From positions 49,848,001-49,912,000 of the forward strand of contig NC_043001.1 in the NCBI RefSeq assembly GCF_006345805.1: a stretch of DNA of 64,000 nt, written 5' to 3'. Origin of the DNA: Octopus sinensis (Eukaryota). A program made the position numbers and the translations under genes. Each line of letters starts with the position of its first letter. Position 1 is the stretch's first letter. The notes under the pieces were generated by a model. It made no database searches. It saw nothing but the letters and a program-made list of their open reading frames with translations, and was not told the origin of the DNA. Positions 26,788 to 40,740 of the stretch are shown piece by piece.

Positions 26788-27190
26788 TACTCTTTTACTT
26801 GTTTCAGTCATTTGACTGCGGCCATGCTGGAGCACCGCCTTTAGTCGAGCAAATCGACCCCGGGACTTATTCTTTGTAAGCCCAGTACTTATTCTATCGG
26901 TCTCTTTTGCCGAACCGCTAAGTGACGGGGACGTAAACACACCAGCATCGGTTGTCAAGCAATGCTAGGGGGACAGACACACAAACATATACACACACAC
27001 ACACACATATATATATATACATATATAGGACAGGCTTCTTGCAGTTTCCGTCTACCAAATCCACTCACAAGGCATTGGTCGGCCCGGGGCTATAGCAGAA
27101 GACACTTGCCCAAGATGCCACGCAGTGGGACTGAACCCGGAACCATGTGGTTGGTTAGCAAGCTACTTACCACACAGCCACTCCTGCGCC
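26788..27190 (-). mobile_element. tRNA-derived SINE, family A (head ggcgcaggagtggctgtgtggtaag), full length
   Basis: A-box TGGCTGTGTGG and B-box GGTTCAGTCCC in a tRNA-like head, internal (TA/CA)n tract, tail gactgaaacaagtaaaagagta; highly similar to other copies in the window. Confidence 0.85.
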
Positions 27191-27449
27191 TATGTTCTTC
27201 TTTTGTTATTTTTTTTTTAATGTATTTATATAATTGAAATAACACCCACAGACTGGTGGCTATCTGATCTCTTTACCATACATTCATTTCTTCCAGAAGC
27301 AACCTACCAATCATATCGCAAAAAAACTATATGGTCAGTCAGAGATAGAGAAATAGGCGAATTGAGATAAACCATTAACATTGACAGATGTGACATTAAG
27401 AATGGTTAGATAGGATTTAGAACAATAAAGAGCTTAATACCACTATACC

Positions 27450-28172
27450 ATCATGACCAACACCACCACTACAGGCACCAATACCATTACAATCACCACC
27501 TGCACAACAGTGCCATCATTATAAACACCACCATTAACACAATGCTGTCACTAACATCACTACAATCACAAGTGGTATCAATACCAATGCTGTGACCATC
27601 ATCAACACACTACTGTCACCATCTCCAACACTACTACCACATTGACCAACACAACTATCATCAACCCCATCATCACTGCCATCTTCCTCACCAATCTCAT
27701 GACCTGCGTCTCCAGCACCACCACGACCAAACCATTGGCACAGATTATCAGGACCACTACTACAATCTGCATCATCACCTATAGTCCAACACCACCATCA
27801 GCACCATCACAGCCACCACCTTCTCCGCCACCTAGGTTATCTTTCACTATTAAAGGTTCTATTAAACTGCATATAATGAATAGTTGGTGAATAGTCCAAA
27901 CTAAAAACAACGGATTGTTCATGACCATCACTAGTGGAGGTGTGGTTGTGGTTTGTATATGGGGTGTTGTATGGTGTGGTGTGGTGGACGTGGTATAGTA
28001 TAGTATGGTGGTATGTTTTCGTGTTGCAGATTGTTTGTGATGTGAGGTGAGGTGAGGCATGGTGTGGTGTGGTGCAATGCACTTCCAATTTCTCTGACTG
28101 TATCTGCGTATATAAATACATAGCTAAATACCCACACACAGACACACACATACATGGATCTATCTATCTATC

Positions 28173-28204
<32 letters not shown>

Positions 28205-28345
28205 TAAATGTTCATACATTCACAGATACACGAATGGATCTATATACATATATAAATATTTATACATTCACATACACGCATGTACACAAATGGATCAATA
28301 TATATATACACGCACACACACACACACACACACTAAATGGATGGG

Positions 28346-28429
<84 letters not shown>

Positions 28430-28442
28430 TAAATGAATGGGT

Positions 28443-28479
<37 letters not shown>

Positions 28480-28480
28480 T
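27450..28480. repeat. Degenerate (CAC/CAT)n, (GTGTG/GTGAG)n and (TA)/(CA) low-complexity block
   Basis: Seen directly. Confidence 0.85.
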
Positions 28481-28788
28481 GGATAGGGAGATATGTAAGT
28501 TGATAATTAGATAGATAATGACAGAGATAAAAGTCTAGATAATTAGACATTGTGAAATAGCTGTTTAAATCAAGGGCTATAAAAACAGAGAAGTATACAT
28601 CCACACATCCACACGCATATGTGTATGTGTGTAAGTCATGCAACTACTATTTATGCCAGTATATCCACTTACATGCGTGCGTGCGTGCATGTACATGCAC
28701 GAGCGTTTGAAACCGCCCCCCCCCCTACCCACACTCTTCATATCAATGAACTGAACTAGATTCACTCACTGCAGCAGCAGCAACAGCA

Positions 28789-28846
28789 GTAGTCATGGCA
28801 ACAGCAGCTAATCTAAGCTCTGTATCACTGTGGTAACTATGGCAAC
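28789..28846 (+). promoter_or_regulatory. Pair of RFX X-box-like motifs
   Basis: GTAGTCATGGCAAC (28789-28802) and GTAACTATGGCAAC (28833-28846) both fit GTHNYYATRRNAAC; motif match only. Confidence 0.3.
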
Positions 28847-29025
28847 AGCAAGAACCTACACTGACAAACCAATCAATAGAGGCAACAAGCATCAAGAGAA
28901 ATCAGTTGGGAGCCAGGCAGAGTTCCCATTCTGCTTTGCATGGTCCGACAAGCTTGTCCTTATCACCATATTGTACTGTGGAAGCAACAGGAGTGGCTGG
29001 CATGGCCTGTGATGCAGAGAATGAC

Positions 29026-29026
<1 letters not shown>

Positions 29027-29070
<44 letters not shown>

Positions 29071-29153
29071 CGCAGCAGCAGCAGTAGTAGTAACAGCAGC
29101 AGCAACAGTAGTGGTGGTGGTAGTGGTAGTAGTAGTAGTAGTAGTAGTAGTAA

Positions 29154-29185
<32 letters not shown>

Positions 29186-29190
29186 ATGGT
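29027..29190. repeat. (AGT)n/(AGC)n/(GGT)n compound trinucleotide repeat
   Basis: Seen directly; source of the poly-Ser, poly-Leu, poly-Val and poly-Thr ORFs. Confidence 0.95.
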
Positions 29191-32100
29191 AGTGTCAATG
29201 GTGAAACATTGATTGCAGTCACATGGAACAGGAAGATATATATAAAGATGTATTTTCATATTGCTTAAAAATAATATAAGGAATATGGATATAAACCCAG
29301 GCCCTAAACACACACATGCAGAGTGTGAATTGTCCCATTCAGTACATTCCCACTGTCTGCTAAAGACACTCAAATGTCAGTCCATTGCTGCCAACAATCC
29401 AGATAATCCACTATCATAACTGATTACTTGATCAACAATAAATCATTAGGATTCAATATCATTGGTGTTGCTGCTGCTGTATAAATCAGTCTGTAGGACC
29501 TGCTTTTTGATAAGGCTTGGCTGCTGATAGTTAAATGGATATAAGATACATAAATATAAGATACAACAAGTGACAAGAACTGTAAAATCATCAGATGGTT
29601 GTGCAGTACTTGGGTGCCTCAACCATTCACCCTTAGTCATCAGTTAGCGAACCACTAGAAGAAGTTTCTGAAGCAGGGTTTCCTAAATTGTTTACTGTTG
29701 GGGTTGTTTGCTCTTGGGGAACCGTTGAAATACACTTCACATCTCAGAGGATCATCATCATCATCATCATTTAATGTCCATTTTCCATGCTAGCATGGGT
29801 TGGACGATTTTGATTGAGGGCTGGCAACCAGATGGCTGCACCAGGCTCCAGTCTTGATGTGGCAGAGTTTCTACAGCTGGATGCCCTTCCTAATGCCAAC
29901 CACTCCGAGAGTGTAGTGGGTACTTTTTACTACATAAATATTATTTTCTTTTATTTGTTTAATTGTTTCAGTCATTGAAGTGTCGCCACGCTAGGGGACC
30001 AGCTTAAAATTTATCTTGTCAGGATTTGATATCAGAAAGTAAAGAGCCTGAACAATACAGAAGGCCATTTTCTCTAATGCTTTAGCCCTTTAGCATTCAC
30101 ATTATTCTGTCAAAACTATTTAGCATTCACATTATTCTTTAGCATTCAAATAACTCTGTCAAAACTATTTATTCACATTCATCACCATCATCATTTAGCA
30201 TTTGCTTTTCATGTTGGTATGAGCTAGAAGGTTTGACTGAAACTCATAAGTTAGAGGGCTACACCAGGTTCCAATCTGATTTGGCATGGTTTCTATGGCT
30301 GGATGCCCTTCCTAATGCCAACCACTCCAAGAGTGTAATGGATGCTTTTAACATACCACCAGTATGTGTGCCAGTTACGTGATACCAGCATCGGCCACAA
30401 CTACAATTTCGCTTGGCTTGATGGGTCTTCTGAAGCACAGCATAACACCAAAGGTTTCGGTCACTTATCATTGCCTCCATGAGGCCCAATGTTCGAAGGG
30501 TGCTTTTTACGTGCCACCAGCATAGGTACCAGTCATGAGACACCAGCATCAGCCACAACTATGATTTCACTTGGCTTCATGTGTCTTCTCAAGCATGACA
30601 TATTGCCAAAGGTCTTGGTCACTTGTCATTACTTCCATGAGGTCATTGTTTTGTATTAATCATGCATCATTTTGTAGCTTTCAGATTTTGATAAGCTAAC
30701 TTAATTGCTGGGTTGGTTTAAGAGGCCAGATCTGACCAGTTTGAACATAAAAATAGGTAGAATATCTTGGACAGATATGGCCAGTTAAAATGCTAAAAGG
30801 TTAATGACCGTCACTCCACTGTATCTTTGTTAATCTTTTTCTTCCTCTGAAAAAGTTAAATTTCAGAAGAGATTAAACAAACAATAAAACTGCCACTGCA
30901 AGGTTTGACAACACTAAATCCATCAGACATCACAAATAATGGTCAGGAAATTTTATCTTAACCAAAATCTTGTTTAGGTCAAATTCCTCTGCAATTTCCT
31001 ATAAAGACATATTCTCATGGTGGCCATTTTTACTGTTCATAAAGGATTTCCTTACCTTTGGGAATATGCTGTGCATATACAATAAAATCACAAATGCAGA
31101 TTCAAATACAAGAATGACTAAAAAATGCACTTTCATATAATTAACATATTTATATTGCTACTTCTTGCTAAACTCTCCATTGACTTCTCCATGACCAGGA
31201 AACTGTGTTCTAAAGAGTCACATCATTTCCATCATGTAACGGCAAAAAAAAAAAAAAAAAAAAAAAGGATAAATATTCTAAGTGAAAGCCTGACAGTAAA
31301 TATCAATGGCCTCTGGCAAAATACAGATCATTCAGAAAAATTTGACTCTAGATAGCATTAATGTACATTATATATATCAACGCATACATGGTACTGGATA
31401 CTCATAGTTGTTCCTAAGCATTCAATCAGCAATCATTACAACACATGTCTGTCCAAACAAAGCTGACTAATATTGTGTATCCACAATGTTTTGACATAAT
31501 TACTGCTTCTGTATTAACTCTTATCTTGCTGAAAATTTTCTAGGTAAAAATCCCAGAGAAGTAGTGATTCTGTTACAGAATAGAAATGAATGATTAAAGA
31601 AAGAGGTGTAGGTTTTTTTTTCCTGTTAAATTTAGAAAGCTCCTCATTCATTCAAGATGAATGTTAACACAGCATGATTCCTGTGATGTGATATATGTTT
31701 CAGAAGTGGCTGACTAACATAGTCTTGTGCAATACTCAGTTGTACAGGAAGTTAAGAGTTAAAAGATTTTCTTCTTGTTTTTTTTTTTCTTTCTTTTAAT
31801 CAGATAATACAAAAGCAAAAGTATGTAAATAGCTCCACTGCTTGTTCCTCTACAATCGTTCCAGTTGTTCTGTCAACACAATTACCAACACATTGAATTG
31901 TACCATTAATGTAAACCTCGAGTAAAAATCGACAATGACAGAGCATATGACATGGCTGGCTCATTGAATTACAGGTACAGTCCTTTTAATGAGTTTTGCA
32001 CAGATTCTGTCTACACAATTTCACTGACAAACTTTGGGTTGACCTGAGTGCATACTAGAAGACACTTGCTAAAATGCAGCACAACTGAATCAAATCCAGA

Positions 32101-34892
32101 ACCTCATATCTGCTAGGCACACATACACACACACACCTCAGATCTCCACCACCCACAATATACAATTCAGTGATTGGTAAGCCTTCTCTCACCAAACATT
32201 ACAGATATGAATGCACAAAAATAGTGTATTCTCCTAAAGCTGTAAATGCTTTCTATATTACTCAGCACTGAAAGTTACATGTGCACTGTACATGAGTCCT
32301 AATTGATATATCTGACTCTCCTTTTCACTATTTGTTCTGACTCAGTCCACAATAAACACTTTTTTCAATCCTTCTTAGAACACTTTGTCTGCCCACATTT
32401 TTCATGATGTATATCAACCTTATTAACTTCACCAGCCTACACAGACTATGAGTGACACATCTTTTGATAGTAAAATAAGTTTCATCTCTTCAGATGTCCT
32501 TATGAGTGGGTGCAAGAAATAAATAGACAGACGTTCAAACTGAGTTTGATTCATTGTTACTAGTGAGAAGCAGGTTTGATTTATTGTTATTAGTGAGAAG
32601 CTCTTGACAAAACGTTATGCAGTATTTCTTCTGGCTCTTTATGTTCCAAGTTCAAATCCTGCTGAGGTCACCTTTAGTGTGTTTCACTTCTACTTTGAAC
32701 AAAGTTTAGAAATTGCTGGATGGCGAAATATTTTCTGGGTCTGAGGAAGGCCCAATCTTTTAATGCATTCTTTCACATGTCGAGGATGCGAGATAGCCAT
32801 GAAAGAACCTCAGTAATACTGAGGGTTAACATTTGTACTAACTTTGAAGGTTTTCAGTTGTATGGTATTCATATTGCTCGATATATGTAGTAATTGTGCT
32901 GTCAAAGAGAACAATATTGGCGGAATCCCATTGGAGTTTCTTGAGTTTCTGTCCAAGGAATCAGTGAAAATTTGGCAATAAATGTCTATGTTGCCTGTCT
33001 ATGATGCTTGGGTACAGAAGATTTCAAGAAAAAAAAAAAACGATTATCTACAAAGGAATTGATGTTGCCGGAGATTATATATGTAAGAGAAAGAGTTTTG
33101 GGGACAAAGCTGAACCTTGAGGCACAGAGTCGACAGAAAGTAGGTCAGAATTCAATCAGTATATACCAACAATCCAAGAAATAAATGGAGCCCTGAACAA
33201 TAACACCTTTAAATAAAAAGGAGGAAGTTATGGCACTGATGCTTTCCCAAGAACAGCAACAACAATAGTAATCAGTAAAACAAGAGAAGGCTCATTTTAA
33301 CATAGATTCACTTTTTAATTTCTAGAATGGAGACTGGAGTATTTTTTTCTAAACTTTACATGAAAGAAAGCAATATCAACCAGGGTGTGAAGTATCAACC
33401 ATGACCACTAATATCTTTGGCACCATTATTAACAGTATCATATCACCAACATTAACACCACCACCACCCACCCAGCAACATCATCTTTACTCCTCACAGC
33501 CTGATTTGTGTCTAATCAATGAAATGGAAGACATATAGTTAAATTTGATGCTTGTAGCTAATATTGGCTCTTTTAACACTGGAATGGTCTGAAGGCCAAA
33601 AGACTTGTAGAGAGCAGAAACTAGTTGGAGATGGTGTTGTCAATGAGATTACTCTTGTTACATGTATGTGTGTATGTTCTGTTTCTGAACAAGGGTAAAG
33701 CATTAGTCAGATTGAGGTGTATATATTTGTATGAATGTATGTAAATATGCATCTACGTGAATGCATACTTGTGCGTGTGTGTGTGTGTGTGCTAGAATTT
33801 AAAATTTTATAACATCACTACTCAACACTGATGTTCACATGAAACTCAAGTAGCTGTGGGTATATATTTATTTTACCATAGGTAGTCTCCAAACTGTCTT
33901 TCTTATTCAAAACCCTGTTATGAGCTATGCATACGCATGTGTGTGTGTGTGTGTGTAGATGTATATTATCAGCAAGACTAACATATAGCTGCTGTAAAAT
34001 TTCCTAGGCATAACTTTTGACGTAAAAATTAGAAAATAGCACCCATACAGAAAGCCCTATGAAAAATTACATTACAACTGTAAACTACCCACTCTCCATA
34101 GTTATATATAAAAAAATACTTTAGTAACAATTGCAAATCATTATAATGATGTATTAAAAAGTAAGGAATTTAAGGAAAAAAATCAACAAAAACATGGCAT
34201 ATCTATCATCATAACATTATACAAAAACAAGGTGAAATGGTGGTGAAATGGCAGAGTTGTTAGACTATTGGATGGAATACTTTACAGTATTAGTTCTAGC
34301 TTTCTACATTACGAGTTCAAATCTCATTATGGTCAGCTTGTCCTTGTGTTGTTTTGGGGCCAATTAAGTTCCAACTCAACATGGACAAATCTTATTCTAC
34401 TGATAAATGCAAATCTGGCCTGAGAAGTGCATTAAGTAGACAGGTGTCTGTAAAATACTCAGTCACTTAAAAGGTGAATTTCACAAGTATAAATTTAGTT
34501 GGCCAAGATAAAGAATTCACTAATTCATTATAAAGACAGGTAAAAAAATAGGAAGAGAAAAATATTTGGTTTACCACAACAACCATATATTCCTACTTAG
34601 TTTAAATGTGCCATACAAAATAACCACAAGCTTTACATACATACCTTATGCACAAACACTTCCCACAATCACTCTTATCATAAATTTCTAAAAAAAAAAA
34701 TGTCAAAGTTAGTTACAGTTGTACCCAAAACTTAGTTACTTACTGTCATGAACTAAGACCAATAACAAAAATATTTTAAACCCACCATCTCAACGTAACA
34801 CACATCCTGCCTTTGATGCTACATATCTCACAAAAGCACCTATGTACAGCACAAAAATGTCCTCAATCCTATTCAAAATATTATTATGGTCA

Positions 34893-35313
34893 TACCCTTT
34901 TACTCTTTTACTTGTTTCAGTCATTTGACTGCGGCCATGCTGGAGCACCGCCTTTTAGTCGAGCAAATCAACCCTAGGACTTATTCTTTAGAAGCCTAGG
35001 ACTTATTCTATCGGTCTCTTTAGCCAAACCGCTAAGTTACGGGGACGTAAACACACCACCATAAGTTGTCAAGCAATGTTGGGAGGACAAACACAGACAC
35101 AAACATGTGTACATACATACATACATATATATATATATACACACACACATATATATACGATGGGCTTCTTTCAGTTTCCATCTACCAAATCCACTCACAA
35201 GGCTTTGGTTGGCCTGACGCTATAGTAGAAGACACTTGCCCAAGGTGCCACACAGTGGGAATGAACCCGGAGCCATGTGGTTGGTAAGCAAGCTACACAG
35301 CCACTCCTGCGCC
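34893..35313 (-). mobile_element. SINE family A, full length
   Basis: Same head, internal microsatellite and tail as 26788-27190. Confidence 0.85.
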
Positions 35314-35570
35314 TACTAAGCATACTTTTAACAGTGGGTATACACAATGCAGATATACTTTCATACATATTGATGAACAAAACACAACTTCACTATCTCA
35401 ACATGGCTATGATTTATAATAGAGACATAAAGACAATTCCAGGATTAACAAGTCAATATATGAAACTATATATTCTAACTCTGAATTGTGAGAAATTAAT
35501 CAAGAGCTAGCTAATCTTCAATTGTTGATACCAAAAGAAGTACCTGTTAAGGTAATCTTTACTGCCTTAA

Positions 35571-35789
35571 CCCTTTAGTGTTCGCATTATTCTGCCAATC
35601 AATGCTTCTTCATCCACATTGTTTTGAACTAATCATGCTTTATCTTGTAGCTATGAGATTTTGATGAGGTAGCTGTTAATTTTTAAAACGATATTGTAGG
35701 GTTGGTGTGAGAGACCAGATCTGGCCAGTTTGAACATAAAACAGGCAGAATACTTTTGGCTGGATATGGCCGGTTTAAATGCTAAAGGG
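35571..35789. mobile_element. piggyBac-type MITE (219 bp) with TTAA target duplication
   Basis: TTAA|CCCTTTAG...GCTAAAGGG|TTAA; related copies at 30086-30800 (interrupted by an RTE-tail insert), about 46520-46725 (reversed) and 63243-63451. Confidence 0.8.
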
Positions 35790-36420
35790 TTAAGACTGAA
35801 TAATATTTCATGATCCCACGTGGGTGGCTGTGAGGCACTTTTAATTTTCAAATATGTGGTGGTGGTGATCATTGTCAATCACTACCACCAACCCATCATC
35901 ATCGACATCATTTGCATATTTTCCATTTTTAGCTTTGTGTCTATGGTTGTGTCCTTCTGTTTTTGCATTCTTTCCATTATTCACATGAATATATTTATAT
36001 CAATACAATTCTTTGAACCATAACAGCTATACATATAAGTACCCCCTCCCATCACCACACACACAAGCATTGTGTGTTTGGGTGTGTGTGTGTGTGCATG
36101 TAAGTGTACCTGTCTTTATGTGTGTCTCAACATGTCCTGTAATTTAGTAGTAAAGTAAAACTAAAGTAAATGCTAGTTTAATACTATCTACTAAAACACT
36201 TGGAAACATGCACTGCACACAAATATATACATGCTTATGTGCACATACAGGAAAAAAGTGATGCTTATCAGCGTGTGTGTGTGTGTATTCACATATATTG
36301 AGAAAAAGGAGGCAGTCAGAATTTTGAATAATTCTTTATTAGCACTTTCATTCGTTTATCAAACTCAAGACAAAATCAAAATTGTTTCGATTTTGTCTTC
36401 ATGAGTTTGATAAAGGAATT

Positions 36421-36735
36421 CTTTTATTCTTTTGTTTCAGTAATTTTTGACTGCGGTCATACTGGAGCACCACCTTTAGTCGAGCAAATCAACCCCAGGA
36501 TTTATTCTTTGTAAGCCTAGTACTTATTCTATCCATCTCTTTTGCTAAACCGCTAAGTTACAGGGATGTAAACACACCAGCATCAGTTGTCAAGCGATGT
36601 TGGGGGAAACACACACACACACATACAACAGGCTTCTTTCAGTTTTCCATCTACCAAATCCACTCACAAGGCTTTGATAGGCCTAAGGCTATAGTAGAAG
36701 ACACTTCCCCTAGGTGCCACACAGTAGGACTGACC
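36421..36735 (-). mobile_element. SINE family A, 5'-truncated
   Basis: Homologous to 26788-27130. Confidence 0.75.
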
Positions 36736-36935
36736 TGGAAGAAAGCACTAATAAAAAATTATCCAAAATTCTGCTTCCTTTTTCTCAATATACAATATCT
36801 GTACAGCACTTCAAACACACACACACACTCTCTCTCTCTCTCTCTCTCTCTAGAACAGGAAGTCAGGAAAAGTCCTGACTGTAGATAGTTCTTAATACTT
36901 GCAATGGTGGACTTCAGTTTGAGTGGTACATTTAA

Positions 36936-38012
36936 CCCTTTCGTTACTATATTTCAGACCAAAATACACCCCTTATGTGTTTCAATTAATTTCTAACATA
37001 ATCATAAATTTAGTTTGGTTTCATTAAACAACTATAACTTTTTTATTTATCAATATATTAACGTGAATTTTGGAAGATAATTTAATGAAATGTTCTCAAC
37101 CAATTCTATACTATAATTTTTGTCACAAAGTGACTCTAATTGCAGGTAGATACAGGTAAATTCAACAAAATATAAAATTATTAAAATTTTGTTCAAACAT
37201 CGCTATAGAAAATGGGTTATTAGCTAATATTCAATCGGGTATACAACAAAATTTTACGATAGAATTTGTTATTCTGGGTAACTTTCTGATACCCATAATA
37301 ATATTTATGGCAAAATAGTCTTAATTTTATTTAAGGTTATGGGAAACCACAAAGTATCCTTTCTTTCGTTTTGTTTACATTTAGCATAACGGTTCATTTC
37401 CGCCGTAATGATTTCAAATAGGCTCATTCGAAAAAGTAAAAAGAAATAGTCTAAGGCTTTACTCTTCTGGGAAAGTCTGTGGCTTGGTCCAGTTTCTTCA
37501 GAAAAATCACCGAAAGAAACAGTTTTTAAATTTTCACTCCATTCAGGTGCCAATTCATTTTTTTTATCGCTGTCGGAGCTCTCGGATTCACCGTTTTCAC
37601 TTTTGGAAAATGAAACATCAGATTCATTATCAAATACCACATGCTTTTTTTTTTCAGTCATAGAGTTAGATTTATGAAGGTCTTCAGTAGAAAATCCTTC
37701 GAATTCTGACTCGCTGCTTGATATAATGAAATTCGTATCCATTTTTTTGTCAGAATTACAAATTTTGAGAACACAATAGGAACAAATTTCGGAAAAAAAT
37801 CTCCCAAAATTCACGGAATTAAAATTACACTTTGATTTTTGTACAAAACTGTAGTTGAACTCTTTACGAAGTATAATACGTATTTTCACGAATGTACTAA
37901 AGAGATTTGCTCTGATATTCTCATTTAAATATGAATAGGTAAATTCGGGCGGCTTTGGGCGGTTTGGTCACATTAACCAAAATTTTTTTCAGGCGGTTTG
38001 GTAACGAAAGGG
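36936..38012 (-). mobile_element. Internally deleted piggyBac transposon (1077 bp)
   Basis: TTAA at 36932-36935 and 38013-38016; 12-bp TIR CCCTTTCGTTAC; ORF 37305..37889 has an acidic Ser-rich N-terminus and DYFFLLF...IITAEMNRYA...WFPIT, typical of a piggyBac transposase N-terminus. Confidence 0.88.
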
Positions 38013-39593
38013 TTAAAGCTGGGGATTAGGTACAAATTCAACTTCAGCACTAACTGCATATATTTTTTTATCATGTCATTCATCACTCTATCCCTCGCCA
38101 CAAACACACAGACATGTGTGTATGTGTTTGTGCGTTTTTTTAAAAAATGGGTAAGGGTTAGTGACAGCAAGGTCATCCAGCTGTGAAAAGAATGCCTTAA
38201 TAACATTGTCGAAAGTCTAAACCAAGTTTGCATGGAAGTAAAATGAACATAAATAAAGTAAATGTTGCAGTTATTTGTTGAATGGAAGAACCTACATATT
38301 GTATTTATAATGTAAGTGGTTGAGTATCATACAGATATTTGCACTTTTAATAGACAGGTTCAACATGACTCAGTGAGAGTGTGTAACAAGGTAGGCTCAT
38401 CGAATTACATGTACAGTCCATTTGATATGCTTCCGTACACTTTCCACCAATCCACTTTCATTCAGGTACCAGGTAATGGGCTTTCAGCAGGATCTCTAAT
38501 GAGTTAAAAGTTAACTTCTTAACTCTTCTGGCATGCTTGCATTCATATAATGTGTGAGCAAGTAGGGATGTGTGTGTGTGTGTGTGCATGAAGGTGTATC
38601 TATATATGTGTACTTGTAAGTGTGCATGTACGCATGTGTGTTTGGGTATGTATAAGTATGTGTACGTGTGCGTGTGTGTATATATATATATATATATATA
38701 CATGCATGTGTGTGTGTATATATGTGTGTATGTGTTTATGTACATGTATATATGTATGCATGCAAGTGTGCATGTCTGAGTATTTGCTTGCAAAAGCTAT
38801 ACGAAATGTATAGCTTCAGTGCTAATGAGTCACTCAACACTTCAAACAAACTCTCCTACATATACTGAGTACTCTCCTCCACCACCGTGTGTGTCTACTG
38901 ATTGCATGTATTATTACATGCACACACACAAAAGTGAAACTATTACAAAATGTTAAAACCGAAAAGAAAAAAAAACAGTCATGGTTAAAATGTGAGACAG
39001 AGGTAAACAATACTTTAAAAGTAAATATGAAACTGCTTCTCCTCTAAATTGATATTTCTCATAGCATCTGTGAAGATATTTAGAGTTTATCTCTTGCTGG
39101 TCTCTTTACTAATCTCACAGACATACAGAACGACTGATTGACAGGCAGCACTACGTGAATGACAGTCATATAGAATGAATGAATGATAAGCAGTAAAGAG
39201 TGACAGACAGACAGTGTGATAGCTTGGCAGACAGAAAGACAGACAAATGAGTCTGGTTGGTTTTACCATTTAGTCAGACACCTGAAGAAACCACAAAGCA
39301 TTGCAAGTAAAGTAAAAGATAAAAAAGAACAAAAGAAAGAAAATAACTTCCACAAATGTGTAAACCATTTATTATTGATTTCAAATTTTGGCACAACAAC
39401 AGCAATTTCGGGGGAGGGGTTGAGTTGATTACAATGACTCTTGTGCTCAAAAGTACTTATTTTACTGACTCCAAAACGATGAAAAGCGAAGTTGGCCTCA
39501 GTGGAATTTGAACTCAGAACAGATGGACAAAATGCTCCTGAGCATTTTGCCAGGCATGCAAACAATTCTGTGAGCTGGCAGAAATGTTAGCAC

Positions 39594-39960
39594 TGGCTGT
39601 GTGCTAAGAAGCTTGCTTCTCAGCCACATGGTTCCAAGTTCAGTCCTACTGTATGGCACCTTTGGCAAGTGTATTCTACTACAGCCTCAGGCCAACCGAG
39701 TGTATTTGGTAAATGGAAACTCAAAGAAGCCCATCATATGTGTGTGTGTGTGTGTGTTCGTGTGTGTGTGAGTTTATGCATAGCTATGTATGTGTGTCTG
39801 TGTTTGTCACCCCATTACTGCTTGACAACCAGTGTTGATGTGTTTACATCTCCATAACTTAGCAATTCAGCAAAAGAGACTGATAGAATAAGCACTGGCT
39901 AAAACCCTTGAATGTGGTGCTCCAGCATGGCTGCAGTCAAATGACAAACAAGTAAAAAAA
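39594..39960 (+). mobile_element. SINE family A, diverged
   Basis: tggctgtgtgctaagaagcttgc...ccagcatggctgcagtcaaatgacaaacaagtaaaa. Confidence 0.75.
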
Positions 39961-40352
39961 ACACAGGATAAAGTTCTCAGTAATGACTTGTAGGCACACG
40001 GTATTTTGTTATGCAACCATAATATGCTACAAAGTGTATTAAACATTTTTAGAAGACAATACTTAAGGATGACCTTAACAAGTGATTTAAGTGCACTGCT
40101 AACACAGTAGTACACAGTATTGACTTTAAAAAAAAAAGTTCTCAGGGGCATTTTATCTGTCTTTATGTTCCAAGTTCAAATTCCACTGAGGTTAAATTTG
40201 CTTTTCATTCTTTCAGGGTTGATAAAGTACCATTGGAACACTGGGGCATTTGACTTCCCCGTCCCTCAAAACTGTGGCAAAATAAGGATTATTATTTCCT
40301 AATGAAATACTAGCTGATGCAGTTTAATTGATATCAAAAATATTAACAAATA

Positions 40353-40740
40353 GGTGCAAAAGTGGCTGTGTGGTAAGTAGCTTGCTTACCAACCACAGGG
40401 TTCCGGATTCAGTCCCACTGTGTGGCATCTTGGGCAAGTGTCTTCTGCTATAGCCTTGGGCCAAGCAAAGCCTTGTGAGTGGATTTGGTAGGTGGAAATT
40501 AAAAGAAGCCAATCGTATGTGTGTGTGCACGTGCATGCATTTGTTTCCCTGCCCCAATATCGCTTGACAACTGATGCTAGTGTGTTTACGTCCCCATAAC
40601 TTAGCAGTTTGGCTAAAGTGATCGATAGAATAAGTACTAGGCTTACAAAGAATAAGTCCTGGGGTCGATTTGCTCGACTAAAGGCAGTGCTTCAGGTTGG
40701 CTGCAGTCAAATGACTGAAACAAGTAAAATAATAAAAGAA
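40353..40740 (+). mobile_element. SINE family A, full length
   Basis: ggtgcaaaagtggctgtgtggtaagtagcttgc...gactgaaacaagtaaaa. Confidence 0.8.

Noticed and set aside
27100-27190. tRNA-like sequence with A and B boxes
   Set aside because: It is the head of a multi-copy SINE and does not form a complete cloverleaf with an anticodon arm.
28902-29373. Poly-Ser, poly-Leu, poly-Val and poly-Thr ORFs
   Set aside because: All derive from the (AGT)n compound repeat; no domain content.
32660-33030. Possible old retroelement coding remnant
   Set aside because: Hand translations gave no motif I could assign with confidence.
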